DNA from: Nitrospirales bacterium
GTDB taxonomy: Bacteria; Nitrospirota; Nitrospiria; Nitrospirales; UBA8639
Direction of reading: 5' to 3'
NCBI GenBank assembly: GCA_965203295.1
Contig: CBDBCZ010000013.1
Location: 416,001 to 480,000, forward strand
Length of the DNA stretch: 64,000 bases
Numbering within the stretch: position 1 is the stretch's first letter; the number at the start of each line of letters is the position of its first letter. The notes beneath the pieces are model-generated. The model had not been told where the DNA came from. It saw nothing but the letters and a program-made list of their open reading frames with translations, and did not search any database. The position numbers and the translations under genes were made by a program. This document shows, in pieces, positions 53,401 to 64,000 of the stretch.

Positions 53401-55047
53401 AATCTTTAACCTTCCGATCGTTTACATTTTTAAGTCATGATTCATTACACCCACATCTGTCTGCTCACCGACCACACTTAACAATGGTGGCATTGCCCAC
53501 TCTAGTTTATACCTTATCACAAATGAAGTCTTTAAACCTCAGTACTACAGGAAGGGTCGGTGACAACATTTCTTCCAAGCACTCTTGTGGATTCTCTGTT
53601 AAATCAATCAGGCCAAGTAAGAATAAGAGCCATTGCTGCATATCGGAATGAAACAATTGAAGTTCCCATTTCTTGGTAGTGACGATGTGCAGCATTGAAT
53701 TGAGTAGGTTGAGACCCTGTAGTATACACAAAGTTAGGCACTTATTATTGCAACATACATTGCTACCAGATAATATAGCCATGCCTACATCAATGATTGC
53801 CTGTAGCCTGGTCCCATCAGCACTGATGTACTTCAGGTATTTGCTCTTCGGTTTTGAGGCTTTAATCTCACACTGCTTTCGCACTCTCAAAACAATATGA
53901 CTCAAGAAGTCTTCACTAGAAGTAAAATATTGCTCAAAAGCAATGATAGCATTCCTGAAGGAAAATATTCACATAATATATTTGTACATTTATACATACT
54001 CACAAATTTTATACATACATGTATACATATTTGTAATGTGGTACATGTGGTCATCATGCAATAAATTTAAAGCTGAAGACACATGTAGAGAGTGCAGAAT
54101 GCATATTGCATGTACTGCTGTGTACATAGTGGAAGCAGCAGTAGCAAGAAACAGCTTTTCATTGCTTAATTTCTGTATCATCAGCTACTATTGTGGATTT
54201 ACAGCGGCAGAAGCAGAATTTCTTGATCATATGATGTCCAAACTGAGTACAGGAATAGCTAAACTGACCACCACTGAATCTATGTCTGTTCCTTGGGGTT
54301 TATTGGAAATAAACATGAGGCATGGTCTAACTATTACCTACCTAGATAGCTACATACATATGCATACATCTAGACACGTATACCAAATATGGGGAGGGTG
54401 AGGAGTGGGGCATAGAGCGGGGGAGGGAGGAGAAGGAGGGAAAAGATAACTGAATTGAGGCTATGTATGTATTTATTTCGCATTCAATAACCTCAGGCTC
54501 TTATTTACCTTTGATGGGAGAAGTAACGAAGTTTGTTGCCAGTGTCTGGTGCTAATAACACTCCCATTAAACTGGTATCGAAAGTAAACTTTGGAGGTAG
54601 TTCTAGTTCCCGGCCCAAGTCCAAGGCATCCACTACCCCTTGAATGTTTGTGGGATCCATTGTATATACATGAGCCTCCTATAGAGAAAGATAAACACAA
54701 GGTAACACTGAAACATTAAAAACGGCTATACAAATAATGGCTGAACCTTCAGCAAGTGCTCGTGCCACAATCTGGAAGGAAGTGCTTGATCTGGCTTCAG
54801 TAAGCACAACCTCAAGTACGTAGTAACTGCATGTATGATGATCAATATTAAAGTGTGCATTCCACAATGGGATTGCTGTACTTACTCCAAACCATTCTGG
54901 GATAGACTCGAAAAGAATCATCTGACTTCAATCCACCCAGTAGATTTCCAAATGCAAGTTTCAGAAACAAAAATGCCCATCTTGTAATAGGCGGTTCATC
55001 AGAACTCTGTTGATATTTGGCATTACAGTAGAATGTAAAGTCTTCCC
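26238..55047 (-). CDS. RNF213-like: RNF213/mysterin-like giant AAA+ ATPase, many exons, C-terminal SAM domain; probable further 5' exons up to an ATG at 61016
   Basis: Ordered RNF213 core motifs: GLPGNGKT (split across exons at ~47086 and ~45554), YVLTLDYTLKML...PVIIEGETGVGKT, AYLDEINT, IIASCNPHR, YYVRKLHPTL...WDYGSL, VSQRDIQR, PLIIVGDPGSSKT, VVFMDEAGLPE..LKVLHYYLD, ISNHVLDAAKTNRA, GLRDFIHF, ERNFNG, ESRHLMI.GKSDS, FYDLFNQ, CRVHPDFQC, PFLNRFEKY and FLQGWGHHYLD. The phases checked at several junctions are consistent, including up to ~55047. Confidence 0.92.
41720..43210. mobile_element. Hairpin-type non-autonomous element interrupted by a nested MITE (RNF213-like intron); right boundary approximate
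   Basis: Hairpin centred on CCCGAGCCGAAGGCGAGGG; its right arm is split by the 41839-42658 insertion and resumes at 42661 (TACCCTCTCACGAGTGTAAT). Confidence 0.6.
41839..42658. mobile_element. TA-flanked MITE (820 bp), Tc1/mariner-pogo-like by inference
   Basis: TIR CTCCGGACAGTTAAGGATGTCC / GGACATCCTTAACTGGCCTGAG (2 mismatches); TA on both sides. Confidence 0.7.
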
Positions 55048-55727
55048 TGTGATAGTGTTAGACACAGCACATCAATGAACAATCATCTGTATACTATGCA
55101 CAGTTTCAAACATCATAGAGATTATTAAATAGGTTAGGTACGTAGTCACGTGAAACTCTTATAAACAGAAAAAAGCCATAGCCATAAATCTGTCATCTAT
55201 ATACAAAAGCTTCTTGTCAGCCGTGTTTACGTATTTGATCATATCACTACATCTTTGTAGAATGAGAGTTATTCTGTGGAAGCATGCAATATTTAACGCG
55301 TTACCAGAATAATTAATGTGTTACATAACTGCAGATAGCGACTAAGTGCTCATAATGCTACTACTGAATGCATTTATAAGTATTACTCTGCATACGGTAT
55401 TATAGAGATTTAGACAGGAAATAGTCAACTATAGGAGAGGAGTAATAAGTACTGGCCTAGCTTGATCTAAAGCTTGAATACACTACATCCAAGACATTGA
55501 TTACATACTAAGCAAGCAAGAGAAGTAACCAGTAGCTAGAGTACCACCATGTTCAGGAGGTACATGAGCTAAATTCAATGGCAGCTTGCATCTGGAGTTT
55601 CAAGTGTTATACTGCAACAGTGCAGGAGTCTATGGTGAATGAGGAAATGCTTCCTGGGACTATCAGAGATTTCCTTCCTAATATCCTCATGCAGGGAAGT
55701 CCTCAAAGAACTGCATCCACTGCTGTA

Positions 55728-56085
55728 ATAATAATATACTCATGTACGTTGCTGCCGTAGCGCTTACGCCATCGACCACGCACCCACATACACAGGCGGA
55801 GCTTGAAAGATCTCCAGTCAGAGGACAAGAGCAAGAGCAACCAGATGTCTCACCATTACCATCCTGATTGCCATATAATTTATTCTTCCTAGTATCCCAG
55901 ATTAATAAAATAAAACCCTTAACTAGCCTTATTAAAGCCTTAAAATCATATCTTTCCCAATTCTCATAACCTAAAACAAAGCCCGTCCTCTCGAAATTAT
56001 TGAGTGCACTAAACTCTTCAAAACTTCCACCCAACAGATTGTCTAAGTCTTCCATGAAAGTATTTCTAATGGTATCATACGCATT
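55728..56085 (-). mobile_element. 5'-truncated non-LTR retrotransposon (LINE ORF2 C-terminal fragment)
   Basis: 10-bp direct repeat CACTGCTGTA (55718-55727 and 56086-56095), an (ATT)n-like 3' tail, and the peptide NAYDTIRNTF...FVLG...FILLIWDTRKNKL resembling a LINE ORF2 C-terminus. Confidence 0.7.
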
Positions 56086-56809
56086 CACTGCTGTATTCTA
56101 TCAAATCAAAATTTCTGTACTTTGTCAATCAATGCATTGCACTGTGCTTGTCTGGAATACGCTATAGCAGATGCATATAGTCTACCACCAAGCGTAACTA
56201 AAGAAATTCGCTTCCTCTTCATCTTAGTAGGTGAAACTATGTATTATCCGCCCATCCCCTTCTTTGACAGATGTTCAGAGATATCATATTTTGTCAGTGA
56301 CACAATCAAAACACGCAAATAGCTTTTGGTTTCTACCAGGAACTGCCACACAAAACATAATCATCCTTCACAAAATGTATGACGGTACGCACCTGCTCAA
56401 GAAACCTTTCAGTGTTCTGGCAATTTGCATAGCATCCAGACTTCCAAAGAGGTTTGCAGACATGTCCACAAATTTAGAAAGTGATTCACAGCGATAGAGA
56501 CCCCTTTTCCTGTTAAAAAATTAACCACAATTCATAACATTACTAAAATCTGTATAGCTACATATAACTTACAGTATGCTTGTGCGAAATGACAATGCGA
56601 TGTATAATGGAAAGTCTTTCTCAAATTTTTGCTGGCATCCTCTCATCAGTATTTGTAGTGCTTGATTTGCAGCACCACTCTGCTTGTATGCACCCTGCGT
56701 ACCAAATAATTGTGAACGTGATACACTCCACAGCCTTATGTGTTCTTGCTATATATACAGCTATACATATTATGTGTCATTGTTACAATTAAACAGTGAG
56801 AGTGCTCTT

Positions 56810-57246
56810 TATGTATAGGATAGATACCTGGCTAGAGGGCTTTAACCTACTTAAACACCCGTGGGAACCGAGGAAGTGTTAATTGGGTCGAGGGCGCAGC
56901 CCGGCGAGACACAAATAGCACTTCCAAGGTTCCCAAGGGTGTTTAAGTAGGTTAAAGCACTCAGCCAGGTGTCTATCCCACTTAGACTATATAAACAATC
57001 AGGACGTGTGAGGCAATTAAAGCTCAGAGGGATTTAACCTACTTAAACGCCCGTGGGAACCGAGGAAGTGTTAATTGGGTCGAGGGCGCAGCCCGGCCGA
57101 GACACAATTAGCACTTCCAAGGTTCCCAAGGGTGTTTAAGTAGGTTAAAGCACTCAGCCAGGTGTCTATCCCACTTAGACTATATAAACAATCAGGACGT
57201 GTGAGGCAATTAAAGCTCAGAGGGATTTAACCTACTTAAACGCCCT
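56810..57246. mobile_element. Hairpin-type element with an internal tandem duplication (~193-bp unit, two copies plus a partial third)
   Basis: Starts TATGTATAGGATAGA; two near-identical hairpins centred on CGAGGGCGCAGCCCGG. Confidence 0.8.
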
Positions 57247-58718
57247 GGACTAACCTGCATCCTTCAAAGGTTTTACCTCATCAATTATTCATATATGGTC
57301 TAATCTATAATAACAACCCAAGCATAAAGATAAAGCTGGAAAAGGGGGGTGTAAACAATGCTAATACTGCCCAATAAGGGTATGGTAAATGTTAGACAAA
57401 GAGGTGGTGGTATCCATTGTTTCGACAGCTGTGACATCAGTTCTCTGTCACCATTGCCATGGACATCGATAATGATGGCAGCTATTACAAGATAGCACCA
57501 TTGATTGTTCAGGAAGCCATGGCACCTCTAATTTTTTTAAAATCTAAATCTGATAGATACCATCTAGTAGGTCTATCGAAAAAAAAAAACTGCATATATT
57601 ATTCATGACTAGAATTAAAATGGGTATGAAGGAAGGGTCAGAGTGGATCAAAACTTGCCAATGTGATCCATGGGTTAAACCAAGAAAACATATGTAAAGC
57701 CCTTCTACTTTCTGTTTCTGTGAGGGTTATAGCCAGAACAAAAACACGATGCCGTGCGTTGGCTAACATAAAAGGAAAGGGTAGAGCCCCCTCTGATGGA
57801 CGGCAAGACAAGTCCAAGACCATCAGCCCTGGCTTGTGTAGTCTTGTTTGTGCTGCTACAGCTTGCATTCCATTGGCAATTGCGAGCAAGGGGAGAGATT
57901 AGCTTGTTCTTCGGAGCCATGACTGGCTATCAGGGGTACAGGAAGGGAGAGGGGGGGAGTGCATACTTTCCAAGATTATCAACAAAGGGAGTATACAGTA
58001 GTCTGTTTCCGTCATCTGCTTGCCCAGCAGGTTTATGTGTTGTCCGTTTGAAGTGCAGACTGTGGAAGGCTGCATAGGTGGCTTACTGCAGTACCAAGGC
58101 TCTCTACACTAAAGGGTTTGTAAGCTAGAGCTGGAATACTGAGTAATTAACCTCCTGGGCCTTGGTTATAGAATCGTAGGATGTCATGTGCACAATTACA
58201 CACCATTCAACACACATTGGATCATAACTACTCGTTATATCGCCTACCAACTAATATGCGAGAGATTAAACAATGCCTTACTTGTTCAAATGTATGAAAT
58301 TCGTTCATCACTCCCTTAAAAAGTTCAGGATCCTCAGTTGCAATCCTTGGGCCTGACGGAGGGTAGAGTAACTCTTCCAACTGATAGGCAAGGCCCCTCA
58401 CTGGCTGAAACAAACCGGTTAGTGCACCCAGAAAGCCTGAATGAAGAGAGTGCAGATTGCGGTAGACATTTTACATGAGAACCTCTGCTTGGCACTTTCT
58501 TTCTGTCAATCATGCTTCAATCCGACATGTAGAGTGTTTAGTCCGAGTCGTCCCCGTCTTTTGCTACAAAGCCATAAACCAAACATACTGCCGTCCTCGT
58601 ACCATAAGTAAATTATTCTAGTAGTCAACCGATGTAATGCACATGCACAATATGGGTGTAAAGTGTTTTTAATTATAAATTAACCCTCTACTCCCGATAG
58701 TGCCCAAAAGTGCTTTAA

Positions 58719-58860
58719 CTCTTTACCAACCAATGATGCATATATGCGTCATGAGCTCCCATAAGCCAATATGATTTATATGGGGGTTTTAATACTAGGC
58801 GTTAATACTTTGTACATGCTTTTCTGCTTCTTTAAGCTATTTTTTATGGTCGGTAAAGGG
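58719..58860. mobile_element. Short piggyBac-like MITE (142 bp)
   Basis: TTAA|CTCTTTACCAACCA...TGGTCGGTAAAGGG|TGAA; both TIR and TSD are imperfect. Confidence 0.55.
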
Positions 58861-60946
58861 TGAATAGGTGATGACTGACTGGATCATTAATCTCTTTCCC
58901 AGTGACACTGGTTAAACTATGCCTCTGGGCAGATATCAAAGCCCCCTTGGATTTTATGCCTGCAATCTGAGCCAACTCTGTCCATTTCAAAAGCTGCAGT
59001 TCATGCGACATTCAGTCATGAAACAGGAGATGCCCAGCCAACAGACAGCATGATCAAAAGCAGGCTTGCCATAGCAAATGCCACGGCTGTGAAAAAAGCT
59101 GTGAGGAAAGGCCTGGGTACGAGGCTAGGCTTGCTAGGCCCATGGTGGTAGGTGATGAACAGATCATTTGGAATCATGGGGGGTGTACTATGTGCAATAA
59201 ATTTCTTATTAAATGGGTAGCCATCCAATAGGATATATGTCTTACGCATGTATATACCTTAAACTTGTAAAATGGATAAGACTGGCAAAGCTGTCGTCTG
59301 GCGTCCCAACCCTTCTTGCTTTAACTATGCAGCTTCTGGAGAGCTGCTTCCTGACTGCTCAAAAAGCAATAAATTCAAACTTCCACCCTACGTGCAGACA
59401 CTCGGCTGCCTGCACAATATCACAGTAATGATGTTCAATGGCCCTACACTAGTCTTGTGTACGAATGGCATTGCTATACCGCTGCTTTATTTCAGTGTAC
59501 AACTCCATTTCTATGTCTCAACTTCCATACTGCTAGCATTGTGCTAGCAGTCTGCAGGTGACCACAATCTTTGCGCACACAATAAGCACAGATGCAAGCA
59601 AGCAAATTTATGTTTACAAAACGAACCTCCAGATGCCTGCTTCTCTTCGGAAACATTAGTCCCTTGGCCATCTGTCTTTAGAATTGGATGCAGCACACCT
59701 ACAGATAAATGAGTTATAGCACAGTGTGTGTGGGAGGGGGGGGGGGAACTTATAACAAATGTAAGGCTTCTTCTCTGTACAGTTATAATGTACTACCTCT
59801 GCATTCCTCTTGCTGTCAGTGGAATGGCCCTCTGAATTCAGTACACTGGACTGCTAGTGCAAGTGCTGGATTAGATTAGTGGATTCATTAGTGGACTGGC
59901 CTAAAATACCCGAATTTACCATATTGTTACTACAGCTTATAGAAAGTGCAGGTAGCTGTTTAGGTATTCAACTCCTTAACTTGCTACAGGTAAGTTAAAA
60001 TTTAAGCAGTTACTTCTCTAGAAGCTGCAGAATAGAGGAATACTTTCTTTATGTAGTGATATTGGATAGCTATATACCCCATTCAATGAGAAATTTATTG
60101 TACACACCACCCATGATTCTAAATGGCCTGTTCATCAAGCCATCCAATACTACTGGATATGGACGGTTTGCTATAGAACAAATACTACATAGTGTTACTA
60201 TGAGGGTGCAATAATTACAAGGTATTCAGTGTCCATGCAGGTCAAAGGTCACATGCATATTAAATAAGCAGGCAGCAAGGAGCATGCTTGCGGCAGGTTG
60301 TAGCTGATTAGGTATCTTCTAAAAAAATTGCATGTAATGCAGGGCAAAGGTAATATCAGGCCAGTCCACTACCACCACCCAATCCACTAGTACAGCCCTA
60401 CGTATTCCGACATCAAGTAATTTTGCAGTGATTCTCCAAATGTGGTTCCGTTACCATACCTTAATGAAACTAAAGGTCAAGCCACCAGATCATATTACAA
60501 TTGCAAAGTCCTACTGCCAACTGCTACAGTAACTCTTTGATGCCAGTGGGTATGTATATACACCTGCCATCCTAAAGACATTAATTATTTTAATTCAGCG
60601 TATAATAAATCCCAAATGTCTTTTGTTAAACCTTTTCTATGCGTATTTACCACCCTTGTTTGTGCTTCACAAGTTGCAAGGCAGTGTCATATATATAATA
60701 CTTGGCAGCAATACTAAACAAGGCCAGGGGGCAAGGTGTACATGCCACACTGGTCTATCGAGCTGAATAGACTAATAACACACCTATACATAATACCGTG
60801 ACAGGCACAGGCTCCTGCATGCAGCTAACTTATACACGACAAGAAAGAAACCTCATCTCTTAGTAGCTATGTGCTGGATAGGCGCAAACGCGGCTCTGTT
60901 AGAACATTTTGCGTAAAGGGTTTACTCAGACACTAGGTTTTCTCAC

Positions 60947-61016
60947 CAGTTCTGTCTCCTGGATCCCCTCCACCCCCATTGTGCGGACCGGCACCCCTGG
61001 GTTTGCCCTCAGACAT
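60947..61016 (-). CDS. Candidate first coding exon of the RNF213-like gene (MSEGKPRGAGPHNGGGGDPGDRT)
   Basis: The ATG follows an acceptor, and a GTGAGA donor (phase 1) matches an open exon near 59.63-59.70 kb. The link to the downstream exons could not be fully traced. Confidence 0.35.
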
Positions 61017-62496
61017 CCTGCATTGAAGAGAAAACAGAAGCACAATCCATAAGAAGGAGTAGGAGAAACAAAACATACACTGTTGCAAGAGGATAATGGC
61101 ATTACAGGCTCAGAATGAATGCTCACACAAGACGTCATTTTCTAATAAATGAATGTGGATGTCTCACTTTGTGTTTATGAGGTCATTACTCTTGCTGCAG
61201 TGTACTACATGTATATATACAATCATGTTTTCCTGCTCCAATCCTATGCTTACAGACACTACTATATAGCTAGCTGATGCACTGGAATGGCTATAGCCAT
61301 GAATCTTGTACGTAAGTAATCATGTTTGTGATTTTAATAAACATCATTAGGAGTGGCAATAGCTATGAATATTTAATTGTTTACAGGTACTACCGTAAGA
61401 CACAGTATAACATTACTATAGAATAATATTGCTACAGTAAAAGACTATACAGCCATTTTCTCTGGAAGCTTAGGAAAGTTGTATAGTACCAAAATGGCTC
61501 AAAGCATGTCAATTGACTTTATCTGGCTCTACTAAATTAAAGCCAATTGATGCAGTTTTATTTTATATATTCACAATAATTTGATCACTGTTACACTTTC
61601 TTCACTGCTGCTGGTAAAAAAGTGCATGTGAGTAATTAGAGTACACTTATGCATTTGTACATGCATAAAACTGTAACCGAGATAACCTTAGTATGGCAGA
61701 CTTGACTATTATTAGCGAACTATAAAAACTATAAACTATGAGCCCTGTGAACTCTTATTCAGATATTGACACTATGTAGTCGTAAAATTAAAATAAAAAA
61801 ATCAGCACAAGACAACAGTGTGTATTTCAATTTGATCCGTTCATCCGCTACAATGCATAGGAGGAATGCATACATTAAACTTAGCTGTGAGATGTATCGC
61901 AAAATGCACGAATATGAGCACATAATTGAAGGGCTGAGAGCCATAGTGGGCCAACCCAAAATCAAGAACTGAAAAGTGCATAACAGTACAAGTCTGACAT
62001 TTCATGCCTAAAAAAACAGCCGGACGCCTTTCCCGTACAATACACACAACTCAGCATAGGCCAAGCTACTAAATCACAGCTGTAGAGCCAGAGATACTAT
62101 ATTCCTAGAGCGGTACAGCGAAAGTGCTGACTCAGCAGTTTCGTCATGCGCCTCCAGTTAGTAGCTATATGCCAAGAAACCCAGGATCTTTACGGCTACC
62201 TATCACGTTTTCGCCATCTAGGCAACACAAAACTACCTTCATTTGCTGTAGCTTGGCCTGCAAACCTCCAAAAGTTGCTATACACTGCAGTTGCATAGTA
62301 ACGTATGACGTAATATATTGCGCACGTGATAAGTGCGGACGCACAGACAAACAAACAAACAAACAGACGCGGAAAACGTAAAGCAATCTTAGTACCAGCC
62401 GTTCGCGCGCTGCGCGCGCTCCGGCTGGTAAAAATCAATTTAAAAGTGCATGAGTGTATTACTAAGCACGTAGTCAACATAATTATGTTCACTATG

Positions 62497-63073
62497 TATG
62501 TATAGGATATACCACGTCTACGAGGTGTATAAACGCACGTAAACTAGGCTAGACAGTTTACCCGAGGCGTAGCGGAGGGTAAACCGTATAGCGGAGTTTA
62601 TCGCGTTTAGGCGTGGTATATCCGGCTTATATCACAGGCGGCCAATCGCTTCTTGCCGTTTGTCATCGCCATCGCCACGTTAACGAACATGAAAACATGC
62701 ATGGAAAACATGAAAACAAAATAGTAGTATAAACACCTTTATACCACATTACATCATCTACAATAAAAATGATTGGCTAAAAAGTATGGGTTACGTAGCT
62801 TCATAACCCACACTTTTTATCAGTTCGCTACGTTGCTACGCAGCGAAGATTGTACGCATGCGCAACGTGGTATAAGTCAGATAGACCACACCCACTCGTG
62901 TGTTATGCGCTATAACCCACTTGTTTGCATTTATCCCTCGGCTTCGCCTCGGGATAACCGCAAACTCGTGGGTTATATAGGCGCATAACCCACTCTTTGG
63001 CGTGGTCTATCCTATACTTATACTCCTCTCTGTAGCCAATGAATTTCTCCAAAAGTGATGTAATGTGATATAA
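62497..63073. mobile_element. Hairpin-type element, family D, copy 1, with a family A element nested at 62745-63023
   Basis: Matches the uninterrupted copy at 63105-63452; TTATAC is duplicated around the nested element. Confidence 0.85.
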
Positions 63074-63104
63074 TTAGTGGTTACCTGAATTGCAGATGAC
63101 AGTG

Positions 63105-63452
63105 TATGTATAGGATATACCACGCCTACGAGGAGTATAAACGCAGATAAACTCCGCTAGACAGTTTACCCGAGGCGTAGCCGAGGGTAAACCGTCTAGC
63201 GGAGTTTATCGTGTTTATACTCCGATTAGGCGTGGTATATCCGGCTTATATCACAGGCGGCCAATCGCTTCTTGCCGTTTGTCATCGCCATAGTTACCAT
63301 TCAGCAGTATTCGTTTATTACGTAAACAAAAAACACGTCAACGAACATGAAAACACGCATGGAAAACATGAAAACAAAATAGTAGTATAAACACCTTTAT
63401 ACTCCTCTCTGTAGCCAATGAATTTCTCCAAAAGTGATGTAATGTGATATAA
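63105..63452. mobile_element. Hairpin-type element, family D, copy 2 (uninterrupted)
   Basis: TATGTATAGGATATACC...CCCGAGGCGTAGCCGAGGG...GATGTAATGTGATATAA. Confidence 0.85.
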
Positions 63453-63690
63453 GTAGGAGTTAGACCTCAAAGTAGGTGTTTTGAATACATGTCATACATT
63501 TTTGTGAGTCTTTCATCACTATATAACATGCGACTCAGAAGGTTCCAGGAACCTCAGGCTCCTGGAACCTCCTCCATTTGGAATGTTGAGTCCCATGTAG
63601 ATAAAAGACTCACAATTTGTACATAATTTGTATGAAATGCCAAATATCTTAGGAGTAACAAATCACCCCTTTGTGGTCTAACTCCTACTT
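63451..63690. mobile_element. MITE with ~22-bp TIR AAGTAGGAGTTAGACC(T/A)CAAAG
   Basis: Inverted termini seen directly; superfamily not determined. Confidence 0.6.
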
Positions 63691-63711
63691 CCATAGCTAC
63701 CCAGATCGGGT

Positions 63712-63882
63712 ATCCACTCAGTAGTCAAAAACATATTTTTTTGCAGTGCATAAATTACATTTTTGTCTCAAGTTTGGGAGGGGGAAGTTCCTTCCATTAG
63801 GAATCCACTCAGTAGTCAAAAACAATATTTTTTTGCAGTGTATGAATTACATTTTTGTCTCAAGTTTGGGAGGGGGAAGTTC
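63712..63882. repeat. Two-copy tandem repeat with a ~91-bp period (ATCCACTCAGTAGTCAAAAAC...GGGAAGTTC)
   Basis: Seen directly. Confidence 0.85.
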
Positions 63883-64000
63883 GCAGGCTTGCTGTGATTC
63901 TTCTGCTAGTTATCATACAACTAGTAAAAGCCGTACACAATTCCCTCCTAGCAAATTGATGAGTAGCTAGCTATAGCATATAGTGTACGTGGGTGGGCCT

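Noticed and set aside
27372..54401. Many short plus-strand ORFs across the RNF213-like gene
   Set aside because: They are antisense shadows of minus-strand exons or chance intronic ORFs with no recognisable motifs.
56230..59560. Apparent stops and frameshifts suggesting the 5' part of the RNF213-like gene is a pseudogene
   Set aside because: At least one case (~58.44-58.59 kb) is explained by a phase-consistent short intron. Exon boundaries here cannot be fixed without transcripts.

Overview
Intron-rich eukaryotic DNA with short GT-AG introns and many MITEs. A non-bilaterian animal such as a demosponge is plausible from gene content, but this is inference only. Three host genes can be assembled by matching splice phases by hand, and all resemble cell-autonomous immunity genes. 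(1) On the minus strand (~1.0-13.8 kb), an N-terminal CARD/death-fold exon splices in frame to a dynamin-family (mitofusin/bacterial-DLP-like) GTPase. (2) On the plus strand (20321-24647, 3 exons, 667 aa), a divergent MACPF-like protein with no signal peptide. (3) On the minus strand (26238 to at least 55 kb, possibly 61 kb), a giant RNF213/mysterin-like AAA+ ATPase with no recognisable RING or RZ finger and a C-terminal SAM domain. Introns and intergenic DNA carry an internally deleted ISL2EU-type transposon (THAP and SAP-SWIM genes, neither with its catalytic domain), piggyBac-like, AcademH-like and TA-flanked MITEs, and a 5'-truncated LINE with a 10-bp TSD. They also carry at least six families of long-hairpin elements that share terminal and loop motifs (Crypton-like by inference). 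No rRNA, tRNA or CRISPR array was found. All domain calls are by eye and need HMM or structure confirmation.
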